From positions 253-64,252 of the forward strand of contig JAILCU010000117.1 in assembly GCA_024690405.1 (NCBI GenBank): a stretch of 64,000 nucleotides of DNA. Reading direction: 5' to 3'. The notes under the pieces are model-generated. The model had not been told where the DNA came from. It saw nothing but the letters and a program-made list of their open reading frames with translations, and did not search any database. Position 1 is the stretch's first letter, and the number at the start of each line of letters is the position of its first letter. Made by a program: the position numbers and the translations under genes. Below, one piece after another: positions 38,312-46,915 of the stretch. This DNA comes from Bacteroidales bacterium. Lineage in GTDB: Bacteria; Bacteroidota; Bacteroidia; Bacteroidales; Bacteroidaceae.

Positions 38312-39607
38312 ATGGAGACAATCAAAATGAAACTGATCTACCCGAAGTGGCAGAAACTGCGCGGGCAGACAACATTTAACCTTCCGCCTCACGGCCCTGT
38401 GGCGTTTGCGGCAACCCTTCCCGAGTATGTCGACGTATCCTTTACCGACGAGAACGTAGAGGAAATCAACTTCGACGAACCTTGCGATATCGTAGCACTC
38501 TCGATGATGCTTTCGACACAGGTGAAACGGGGTTGGGAGATTGCCGACGAATACCATCGCCGGGGTAAACTCGTGATGGCTGGCGGCATCTCTTCAATGC
38601 TCCACGCCGAAGATATGGTGAACCACGTTGACAGCCTCTTCCTCGGCGAGAGCGAAGGGCGCATGGAACAAGTGATGCAGGACTTCGTGCGCGGCGAGAT
38701 GAAAAAGGTCTACAACTTTATGGGGCAGATGCCACCGATTGAGGACGTAGGTCCGTGTCGTCGCGACCTCTACAAGCGCGACCTTTACAACCACAAGGGT
38801 GTGCCTATGGTTGACCTCTTCCACGCCAGCCGTGGATGTCGTTTCAGTTGCTATCCCTGTGCGGTCAGTTACCTCGGCGGCCGCAAATTCCGCCCTCGTC
38901 CCATCGACAAAGTTGTAGAAGATATGGCTTCGATTGACAACAACCGCCTGTTCATCGTCGACAACTCGCTCGCTCAGAACAAGGATTGGGAGCGCGAACT
39001 CTTCAAGGCCATAGCACCGCTGAAGAAGAAATGGATCAGTCACACCATTGAGGACGACCCCGAAATCCTGGACCTCGCAGGCAAGGCCGGCGCCTGGTAT
39101 GTCTATCAGGCGGTCTATGACACCAGCGACTACATCAAGGAACGTGTCAAGCGCTACCACGACAACGGAATCGGTGTGGAAGGCACGATTCTCTTAGGTC
39201 TGGACAACCAGACGGAGGACGACATCAAACGCCTCATCGATTTCCTCGGAGAAATCGACCTCGACCTGGCTGAGTTCACAGTGATGACACCGTTCCCCCA
39301 CACCAAGGGCTACGATGATTTGTTGCGCCAAGGCCGTATCTTCGACTTCGACTGGAACCACTACAATGCCGGACAGGTGGTCTTCCAACCCAAGCATATG
39401 ACGCCTGAACGCCTACAGGAACTCTACGACTACGCCTGGAAGAGTTTCTACAAGGACGAGACGCAAGAGGCCAAGATGTTCAACCTGTTCTGTCAGGTAG
39501 CCCTGCGCGAGATGAACGAAGGCACCTATCGCCCCCGCGATCGCCGACTCATGAACCGCAGTTTCGGTAAAGTTGTCGACCGCAGCAAGCGTAACGTGAA
39601 CTTATAA
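38312..39607 (+). CDS. B12-binding-domain radical SAM enzyme
   Basis: The N-terminal part is a Rossmann-like B12-binding domain (DIVALSMMLSTQ...LVMAGGIS). The radical SAM cluster motif CRFSCYPC (CX3CX2C) is at 38837-38860. Confidence 0.85.
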   Translation: METIKMKLIYPKWQKLRGQTTFNLPPHGPVAFAATLPEYVDVSFTDENVEEINFDEPCDIVALSMMLSTQVKRGWEIADEYHRRGKLVMAGGISSMLHAEDMVNHVDSLFLGESEGRMEQVMQDFVRGEMKKVYNFMGQMPPIEDVGPCRRDLYKRDLYNHKGVPMVDLFHASRGCRFSCYPCAVSYLGGRKFRPRPIDKVVEDMASIDNNRLFIVDNSLAQNKDWERELFKAIAPLKKKWISHTIEDDPEILDLAGKAGAWYVYQAVYDTSDYIKERVKRYHDNGIGVEGTILLGLDNQTEDDIKRLIDFLGEIDLDLAEFTVMTPFPHTKGYDDLLRQGRIFDFDWNHYNAGQVVFQPKHMTPERLQELYDYAWKSFYKDETQEAKMFNLFCQVALREMNEGTYRPRDRRLMNRSFGKVVDRSKRNVNL

Positions 39608-39741
39608 TATAAATAAAGGTATGGGCCCGTTCCTGGAAGAAGAGGAGCGAGCCCGCCACTCAACTGTTGAAGAATGACGGAAATCCGCTGAAATGGCTTT
39701 CGTTGCAACAGTTCTTGACGTTAATTTTAAATGATTTACCG

Positions 39742-40101
39742 ATGAAAGTACCCAAAGAATATTACGACGAAATCTTTGAATTCCGCGGTCAATGGGATAT
39801 GCCTTCCGCCTGCGGACTGAAGATTCGTACCGTGGAAGGCGTCACCTATGTGATTGTCACAGAGATGTATCAAGAGAATCCCGGAACCAGCGTGACCTAT
39901 GCCGGCCGCAGCCTGGCAGAACAGATTTGCGAGGCCAAGGGACTCAATATGAACGAGATTGTGTACCTCGAATGCACGCCTAACACCAACTCCAAGTTGT
40001 CGTTCTACGACGAAGAATACTTCCGCGTGGACTTCAGCGGCGAGCGACCTGCCTACGAACAACTCCCTGCGGAAGAAGTCCACCGCGTGTTAGGCAACTG
40101 A
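39742..40101 (+). CDS. hypothetical cytoplasmic protein (about 119 aa)
   Basis: The ORF is 39667..40101, and I prefer the start at ATG 39742 (MKVPKEYYDEIFEF...). It has no signal peptide, and I recognise no motif. Confidence 0.5.
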   Translation: MKVPKEYYDEIFEFRGQWDMPSACGLKIRTVEGVTYVIVTEMYQENPGTSVTYAGRSLAEQICEAKGLNMNEIVYLECTPNTNSKLSFYDEEYFRVDFSGERPAYEQLPAEEVHRVLGN

Positions 40102-40119
40102 GCAACGGAGAACTTCATT

Positions 40120-41280
40120 ATGATGCGAACCGTGAAGCACATCTTATGCAGCGCCGTGCTACTCCTCACTGCTACGACGGCTATAGCAGCGGCCTCTGAA
40201 GCAGCCACAACAACTGCCTTAGCCACTGCCCTTCCCTCAGCGCCCCCAAAGGCCTCTTTGCCGGCGAAAAGTGCAGCAGCAGAGAGCACCCCGGCAGCGA
40301 AAGCAAGTGCTCCCGCAGAGGCTACTCCGGCAGCGAAAGCAAGTGCGGCAGCAGAGAGCACCCCGGCAGCGAAAGCAAGTGCTCCCGCAGAGGCCTCGAC
40401 AGCGAGCGTACCACTTGCTCCCATCAGGCTCTGGGAAGAAACTCCTGTGCACGCACGCGGCGTGACGCTTGTTCCTTATCTCCCTGAGGCAGGCCACGCC
40501 AGCCGCTTCGGCACGACGAACGGCACACCGGCCATCATCATCTGTCCCGGTGGAAGTTATTGCTGGCATGACTACGAGGCGGAAGGCACGCTTGTGGCCG
40601 AGTGGCTGCAGCGTGAAGGTATTGCGGCATTTGTGCTGAAATATCGTGTTCAAGGCATTTTCCCCTATGTGTTTCACACCCGTTTAATCGCCCGCGGAAA
40701 CCAGCACCCTGATGCGCTCACCGACGTGCAACGTGCTATTCAATATGTACGTGAACATACGAAGGATTTCGGTATCGACGAACACCGTCTCGGCGTGATG
40801 GGTTTCTCGGCCGGCGGCCATCTGAGTATGAGTGCAGCGGCCTACGCCTCCACCGATTTCCTGTCACAGCACGGCATCCGCCATCACGTCAGCCTGCGAC
40901 CCGATTTCGTAGCACCCATTTATCCCGTAGTGACTATGCACAAGCCTTACGTTCACAGCCGCAGCCGCCGTGCCTTGCTCGGTGAGTACCGCAAGCACCG
41001 GCAGGCTATGCGCGATTCAATGTCCCTGGAGATGCACGTCCCGAACGATTGTCCGCCGGTGTTTCTTCTCAACTGCACCGACGACCCCATCGTGATGTAT
41101 CAGAACAGCGAATTGCTCGATAGCGCCCTTACCGCTGCCGGCGTTCCTCACCAGTACACGCAATATCGGACCGGCGGCCACGGGTTCGGTGGGGATTCAG
41201 CACGTTTCACGGCCGAGACGGCCCACTGGCAAGAGACCTTCCTGCTATGGCTCACCCAACTTTTTCATACAACCCTCTGA
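40120..41280 (+). CDS. secreted alpha/beta hydrolase (Aes-type esterase/lipase) with an Ala/Pro-rich repeat linker
   Basis: The signal peptide is MMRTVKHILCSAVLLLTATTAIAA. It has an oxyanion-region CPGGSY, the nucleophile elbow GFSAGGH and a C-terminal GGHGF. Confidence 0.8.
   Translation: MMRTVKHILCSAVLLLTATTAIAAASEAATTTALATALPSAPPKASLPAKSAAAESTPAAKASAPAEATPAAKASAAAESTPAAKASAPAEASTASVPLAPIRLWEETPVHARGVTLVPYLPEAGHASRFGTTNGTPAIIICPGGSYCWHDYEAEGTLVAEWLQREGIAAFVLKYRVQGIFPYVFHTRLIARGNQHPDALTDVQRAIQYVREHTKDFGIDEHRLGVMGFSAGGHLSMSAAAYASTDFLSQHGIRHHVSLRPDFVAPIYPVVTMHKPYVHSRSRRALLGEYRKHRQAMRDSMSLEMHVPNDCPPVFLLNCTDDPIVMYQNSELLDSALTAAGVPHQYTQYRTGGHGFGGDSARFTAETAHWQETFLLWLTQLFHTTL
40276..40394 (+). repeat. 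in-frame 72-nt tandem duplication inside the esterase linker
   Basis: The identical 47-mer gcagcagagagcaccccggcagcgaaagcaagtgctcccgcagaggc occurs at 40276-40322 and 40348-40394. It encodes AESTPAAKASAPAEA repeats. Confidence 0.85.
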
Positions 41281-41283
41281 CTT

Positions 41284-42576
41284 ATGAACCACGAAGATAT
41301 TGAATTCAGACAACCTGCTGAGATACGCGCCTTCCAGGAACAACTCCTGCGCAAGGCACTGGACTACCTCGACGCGCATTCGCCTTACTATCAGCGCCTG
41401 TTCAGGGAACAGCACATTGATGTGAAGGAGATACACACGCTGGACGACCTCCGGCGCCTGCCCTTTACAGAGAAGAAGGACTTGCAACTCTTCAACGACG
41501 ATTTCCTCTGCTGCCCAAAAGAGAAGATAGTGGATTACATCACCACCAGCGGCACCCTGGGCGAACCCGTCACCTTCGGCTGCACCGATGCAGACCTTGA
41601 ACGCCTGGCCTACAACGAACAGAAGTCTTTTGCCTGTGCTGGTCTCAAGCCCGGCAATATCCTGCAGTTGATGACGACCATCGACAAACGTTTTATGGCA
41701 GGTCTGGCCTACTTCCTCGGCATCCGCCGATTGGGCGCCAGCATTATCCGTGTAGGCAACGGAATCCCCGAACTGCAGTGGGATACGATCCAGCGATTGC
41801 ACCCCGACACGATTATGTGCGTGCCCTCATTCATCTTGCGCTTGATTGAATATGCCGAGGAACACGGAATTGACTACCGCGCCAGCAGCGTCAAACGCAT
41901 TATCGGCATCGGCGAAGGACTGCGCGACCAGGATTTCAACCTCAACCTGCTCGGCCGGCGCATCAAGGAGAAATGGGATGTTGAACTCTATGCCACCTAC
42001 TCCAGCACCGAGATGGGGGCAACCTTCTCGGAATGTCAGTACGGGTGTGGCGGACACGTTCACCCCGAACTCATCATCGTCGAGATCATCGGTGACGATG
42101 ACCAACCGGTCCCCGACGGGCAGCCTGGCGAAGTGGTCGTGACCACCCTTGGCGTGGAGGCGATGCCCTTGCTCCGTTTCCGCACAGGTGATATCGCGGC
42201 CAAACGTGTTGAGCAGTGCCAATGCGGACGTTGGAGTTATCGGCTGACGCCGCTCGTAGGGCGCAAGAACAATATGATAAAACTCAAGGGCACGACGCTC
42301 TATCCTCCTGCAATCAACGACGTTCTGGACAACACCGAGTACGTCCAGAACTATATCGTATATGTGCGTTCATCCTCTGCCGGCACCGACCAGGTGGACG
42401 TCTGCGTAGGTCTGAAGCACGAACCTCCGTTTGACGCCGTCAAAGACCTGAAGGACCGTTTCCGCTCGCGCATCCGTGTGGCTCCGAATGTCGAGATTCT
42501 CAACGTGGATGAAATCCAGCGGCGCAATTTCCCCGCCAAGAGCCGCAAACCCATCAAATTCGTGGACCTCAGATAA
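41284..42576 (+). CDS. PaaK-like adenylate-forming enzyme (phenylacetate-CoA ligase / F390 synthetase family)
   Basis: The 430-aa protein has TTSGTLGEPV (the AMP-binding P-loop-like motif), YSSTEMG and FRTGD, with the short PaaK architecture. Confidence 0.8.
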   Translation: MNHEDIEFRQPAEIRAFQEQLLRKALDYLDAHSPYYQRLFREQHIDVKEIHTLDDLRRLPFTEKKDLQLFNDDFLCCPKEKIVDYITTSGTLGEPVTFGCTDADLERLAYNEQKSFACAGLKPGNILQLMTTIDKRFMAGLAYFLGIRRLGASIIRVGNGIPELQWDTIQRLHPDTIMCVPSFILRLIEYAEEHGIDYRASSVKRIIGIGEGLRDQDFNLNLLGRRIKEKWDVELYATYSSTEMGATFSECQYGCGGHVHPELIIVEIIGDDDQPVPDGQPGEVVVTTLGVEAMPLLRFRTGDIAAKRVEQCQCGRWSYRLTPLVGRKNNMIKLKGTTLYPPAINDVLDNTEYVQNYIVYVRSSSAGTDQVDVCVGLKHEPPFDAVKDLKDRFRSRIRVAPNVEILNVDEIQRRNFPAKSRKPIKFVDLR

Positions 42577-42607
42577 GTTACTAACTAACTCATAAACCTC
42601 TACGCTT

Positions 42608-43750
42608 ATGGACACTACCGCACAATTCGACGATATCCGTCCTTTCTACGACTCCGAAATCCCGGCAGCGATGCAGCGCATCGCAGAGAGCCCTCATTTC
42701 CCGCTTCTGGCACAATATGTCTATCCCGGTGCCGACCTTGAAAAAGTCAAGCAACTGCTGGTGCAGTTCAAGACCGTACGCGATTTCCAACTCGAAGTGA
42801 TGCGCTGCGTCAACGAACAGGTCATTGCCCGCAGCATCACCGATTTCACGTATGACGGCATTGAGCGCCTCGACCCTGAAAAACGCTATCTTTTCGTGAG
42901 CAACCACCGCGACATTATGCTCGACGCGTGTCTGCTGCAATACGTTCTGTGGAAGAACGGGCACGAGACCACGGAAATCACTTTCGGAGCCAATCTGATG
43001 AGTTCACCATTGGTGATTGATATCGGTAAGTCAAACAAGATGTTCCGCGTGGAGCGAGGCGGCACGCCCCGCGAGTTCTACCGTTCATCCATGCATCTTT
43101 CGCAGTACATCCGCCATTGCATCACCGAGAAGCACCAGTCCGTGTGGATTGCTCAGCGCAACGGCCGTACCAAGGACGGTATCGACCAGACCGACCAAGG
43201 CATCATCAAGATGTTCGGAATGAGTATGGCCAAGCAACCCGTCCAGGCACTGGCTGAATTGAACATCGTACCCGTGAGCATCAGTTACGAATGGGAAAGT
43301 TGCGACTTGCTGAAAGCACGCGAACTCTACCTGAGCCAAGGCACCAAATATGTCAAGCAACCCGGCGAGGACCTCAACAGCATCCTCACGGGCGTGTTGC
43401 AGCCTAAAGGCTGCGTGCATATCTCTTTCTGCGAGCCTGTCACTGCCGCCGACCTCGAGCCCCTGGCCGCCGATGTCAACAGCGAGTTCAACCGCGCTGT
43501 TGCCCGTCTCTTGGACAAGCGCATCACCAGTGCCTACCATCTCACCCCCAACAACTACATCGCTTATGACCTGCTGCACTGCACGTCGAAATATGCCGAC
43601 CGCTACACAGCCGCCCAGCGCGATGCATTCCTGGCCCACACCGAAAAACTCAGCAACTTGCACATCGACGACCTCTGCACCATCAATGCCATGCGCTCGA
43701 TTCTCTGGGGCATCTATGCCAATCCCATTGACAACGTCGTCACGGAATAA
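42608..43750 (+). CDS. PlsC-superfamily (lysophospholipid) acyltransferase
   Basis: The 380-aa protein has YLFVSNHRDIMLDA (the acyltransferase His/Asp block) and AQRNGRTKDG (block III-like). Confidence 0.7.
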   Translation: MDTTAQFDDIRPFYDSEIPAAMQRIAESPHFPLLAQYVYPGADLEKVKQLLVQFKTVRDFQLEVMRCVNEQVIARSITDFTYDGIERLDPEKRYLFVSNHRDIMLDACLLQYVLWKNGHETTEITFGANLMSSPLVIDIGKSNKMFRVERGGTPREFYRSSMHLSQYIRHCITEKHQSVWIAQRNGRTKDGIDQTDQGIIKMFGMSMAKQPVQALAELNIVPVSISYEWESCDLLKARELYLSQGTKYVKQPGEDLNSILTGVLQPKGCVHISFCEPVTAADLEPLAADVNSEFNRAVARLLDKRITSAYHLTPNNYIAYDLLHCTSKYADRYTAAQRDAFLAHTEKLSNLHIDDLCTINAMRSILWGIYANPIDNVVTE

Positions 43751-43777
43751 AGCCTTCTCCGGTCTCCTCCATCACAA

Positions 43778-43818
43778 CAGCCCGCCGCAAACATCACATT
43801 TGCGGCGGGCTGTTTTTT
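43778..43818. terminator. strong hairpin terminator between the island and the convergent mdh
   Basis: A perfect 13-bp GC-rich stem, CAGCCCGCCGCAA/TTGCGGCGGGCTG, has an 8-nt loop and is followed by TTTTTT on the plus strand. Confidence 0.85.
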
Positions 43819-43854
43819 ATCGGTCAGCCTTATAGGGCTAATCAGATGCTCCGT

Positions 43855-44853
43855 TTAGAGATTGGGATTAATCTTGTTCCATTCGCTGACGGGGGGCACG
43901 ATGTTCAGCGTTACGAGTTCGTCGCGCATCTTGCAAAGGTGCTCGTAACTCTGGTCGAGTTTAGCCATCTCCTCGGGCGTGCCGACGGGCATCTTATAGG
44001 TGCAACCGTTCGTGCCGAGAGTGGTGTCCATAGCCATCATAATGTGGTTGTACTTCTCGTTGCAGACATAGGTGCCGGCAGGCCAGCGGAAAGGTTCGCC
44101 GCCCATCACCGCACGAATCATCTCAACGGAGCAGTAAGCGGGGCTCTGCCAGGAACTGCGTCCGCGCAATTCAATAATCTTGGCACCGCCCTTGGTCACA
44201 TCGACCTTCAACTGTGCCCATTCCTCCTCGGTGCAAGCGGGCGTGCCGATGAGGTCGTGCAGGGGCTTGCCAGCCACCTTCACAGCGCTGCCGAAGACAG
44301 CCATCTGTTCGCCGTGACCGCCATAGGTGGCGCAACCGGTGACTTCGTACTGCTTCACGCCGAACTTCTTGGCTAGAGCGCTCTGCAGACGCGTGCTGTC
44401 GAGGGCTGCCAAAGTGGTCACCTGACCGGGCTTGAGGCCGCTGTAAAGCAATGTGACCAGACCCGTGAGGTCAGCGGGATTGAAGATGATGACCACGTGC
44501 TTCACATCTGGGCAGTAGGTCTTGATGTTCTTGCCGAGTTCTTCAGCAATCTTGCAGTTGCCGGCGAGCAAATCCTCACGCGTCATACCAGCCTTGCGGG
44601 GAGCACCGCCACTGGAGATGATGTACTTGGCGTCCTTGAAAGCCTCTGCCACATCGGTGGTAGCGGTGAGGTTGACACCATCGTAACCGCAATGGAACAT
44701 CTCTTCCATCACGCCTTCCATAGCGGGAGCATAAACGTCATAAAGACATACGTTGGGCGTCAACTTCATCGTCAGCGCCGTCTGAACCATTGTGGAACCG
44801 ATGGCACCGCCAGCACCCACAATCACGAGTTTGTCATTTGTTAAGAAATCCAT
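43855..44853 (-). CDS. mdh: malate dehydrogenase (LDH-like family)
   Basis: It has KLVIVGAGGAIGS, the SSGGAPRKAGMTRED region and GGHGE. The length is 332 aa. Confidence 0.85.
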   Translation of the reverse strand: MDFLTNDKLVIVGAGGAIGSTMVQTALTMKLTPNVCLYDVYAPAMEGVMEEMFHCGYDGVNLTATTDVAEAFKDAKYIISSGGAPRKAGMTREDLLAGNCKIAEELGKNIKTYCPDVKHVVIIFNPADLTGLVTLLYSGLKPGQVTTLAALDSTRLQSALAKKFGVKQYEVTGCATYGGHGEQMAVFGSAVKVAGKPLHDLIGTPACTEEEWAQLKVDVTKGGAKIIELRGRSSWQSPAYCSVEMIRAVMGGEPFRWPAGTYVCNEKYNHIMMAMDTTLGTNGCTYKMPVGTPEEMAKLDQSYEHLCKMRDELVTLNIVPPVSEWNKINPNL

Positions 44854-44908
44854 TGTTTTTGTTGTTTTATAGGTGAATATTTCTGTAAGTTGTCCTCATA
44901 ATGCAGGG

Positions 44909-44916
44909 CAAAAGTA
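44909..44916 (-). promoter_or_regulatory. candidate -7 element (TActTTTG on the minus strand) for mdh
   Basis: The plus strand reads caaaagta, about 55 nt upstream of the mdh start. Confidence 0.45.
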
Positions 44917-44979
44917 GACATTTTTTTGGATTAAGTCAACAAAAGGACGGAATATTTTTGCAAACCTGTATGAATTCCG

Positions 44980-44987
44980 TACTTTTG
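44980..44987 (+). promoter_or_regulatory. candidate -7 element TActTTTG for the aminopeptidase gene
   Basis: TACTTTTG lies 45 nt upstream of ATG 45032. A second match, TATTTTTG, is at 44953-44960. Confidence 0.45.
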
Positions 44988-45031
44988 CAAAGCCGAACGA
45001 GCATTTTTGACCATCAACCTTATATATAATA

Positions 45032-46915
45032 ATGACAAAAGCATCTATCATCACTCAACGCGTAGAGGCGCTTCGCCAATGGATGCGCGAGCATCAACTT
45101 ATGGCATTCATCTTCCCCTCCACCGACCCGCACGCCGGGGAATATGTACCGGACCGATGGAAGTGCCGCGAATGGATAAGCGGATTCAACGGCTCGGCAG
45201 GGATTGCCGTTGTCACCCTGAAGCGCGCAGCCTTATGGACCGACAGCCGCTATTGGCTTGCTGCCGAGGAGCAACTCGAAGGGACGCCTTTCGAACTCAT
45301 CCGCTGCAAACGCAATGTGGCTACGGCCGCTGAATTGGCCGAATGGATTCAGGCCGAGAACAACATGCAGCATCCTGTTGGCATCGATGGATGGTGCTAT
45401 ATGCAGAGCGAAGCCGCTGCGCTGGAGGCAGAACTGATGGCTCGCGGTATGATGTTACGCACGGAATCCGACCCCGCCGCGGCATTGTGGAAGGAACGCC
45501 CTGCTATTCCTCTGAACCCGGTGGAAGTGCAGCCGTTGGAATATGCCGGCGAGACCGTGGAAAGCAAACTCGCCCGCCTCCGCGAGGCACTCAAGGGATT
45601 GCACGCCAATGCGCTCATCGTCACGCAACTCGACCAAATCGCCTGGACGCTGAACCTGCGCGGCACCGACGTACATTGCACGCCTCTCTTCGTCTCCTAT
45701 CTGGCGATTCTGCCCGACGAAGTCATTCTATATGTCGCCCCGGAAAAACTCACTTGGGAGGTGAAAGACTATCTTCGCGCGAATCATATTCATACGCGAC
45801 GCTACGAAGAATTGGCTGAAGACCTCGGCAACGGACGTTCGCTGCGCGGTCTCACCTTCCTCGTGGACACTGCGGTCACGAATGCCACCATCTACAACCA
45901 CATCAGCCTCATCGAACCGCTGCCGGGCGAAAGTGTGATGCCCGACGATTTCATTGCGTTTGCCGGAGGCTTGACCCATAAGACCGAACTACCCGTAGGG
46001 GCATCCATCGTTGAAGCAGAATCGCCTATTGCACAGATGATGACGATGAAAAACGATGCCGAGATAGCGGGCTTTCGCCGTGCTATGCTCAAGGATGGCG
46101 TCGCGCTGGTGAAATTCCTGCGGTGGTTGAAACCGGCGGTGGAGGCCGGCGGCGTCACTGAGATAGGAGTTGACCGGAAGTTGACCGGTCTGCGCGCCGA
46201 ACAGGAAGGTTTCCGCGACATCTCTTTTGACACCATCGCAGGTTATGGTGCGCACGCGGCCATTGTCCACTACGAAGCATCGCCCGAGACCGACGTCCCG
46301 CTTGAACCGCACGGTCTGCTGCTCCTCGACAGTGGCGCGCAGTACCTCGACGGCACCACTGACATCACACGTACCATCGCCTTAGGTCCCCTTACGGATT
46401 CAGAGCGGCGCGACTACACCCTGGTGCTCAAAGGCCACATCCGCCTGGCTATGGCCGTTTTCCCCGAAGGTACATCCGGGACTCAACTCGATGTGCTGGC
46501 ACGCTATGCGATGTGGCAGGAGCACAAGAACTTTGGGCACGGAACAGGTCACGGCGTAGGCAGTTACCTCAGCGTCCACGAAGGGCCTCATCAGTTCCGT
46601 ATGAATTGGATGCCTGCGCCCCTGCGCGCCGGTATGACCATCACTGACGAGCCCGGCATTTACATCGCTGGCAGTCACGGCGCACGCACCGAGAACACGA
46701 TGCTCATCGTAGAGGACGGCGAACCCGGATGGCTGCGTCTGGAACCCCTCACCCTCTGCCCCATTGACACCACGCCCATCGTGCGCGAACTGATGGCCAA
46801 CGACGAAATCAACTATCTCAACCGCTACCACGACCACGTCCGCGAGGCGCTCCTGCCCCTGCTCGACGACGAAGCAGACCGCGAATGGCTCCGCGCTGCA
46901 ACGCAGAAATTCTAA
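45032..46915 (+). CDS. Xaa-Pro aminopeptidase (aminopeptidase P family, M24B)
   Basis: A creatinase-like N-domain is followed by an M24 domain with metal ligands in LLDSGAQY...DITRT, GHGVGSYLSVHEGP and TDEPGIY..ENT. Confidence 0.85.
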   Translation: MTKASIITQRVEALRQWMREHQLMAFIFPSTDPHAGEYVPDRWKCREWISGFNGSAGIAVVTLKRAALWTDSRYWLAAEEQLEGTPFELIRCKRNVATAAELAEWIQAENNMQHPVGIDGWCYMQSEAAALEAELMARGMMLRTESDPAAALWKERPAIPLNPVEVQPLEYAGETVESKLARLREALKGLHANALIVTQLDQIAWTLNLRGTDVHCTPLFVSYLAILPDEVILYVAPEKLTWEVKDYLRANHIHTRRYEELAEDLGNGRSLRGLTFLVDTAVTNATIYNHISLIEPLPGESVMPDDFIAFAGGLTHKTELPVGASIVEAESPIAQMMTMKNDAEIAGFRRAMLKDGVALVKFLRWLKPAVEAGGVTEIGVDRKLTGLRAEQEGFRDISFDTIAGYGAHAAIVHYEASPETDVPLEPHGLLLLDSGAQYLDGTTDITRTIALGPLTDSERRDYTLVLKGHIRLAMAVFPEGTSGTQLDVLARYAMWQEHKNFGHGTGHGVGSYLSVHEGPHQFRMNWMPAPLRAGMTITDEPGIYIAGSHGARTENTMLIVEDGEPGWLRLEPLTLCPIDTTPIVRELMANDEINYLNRYHDHVREALLPLLDDEADREWLRAATQKF

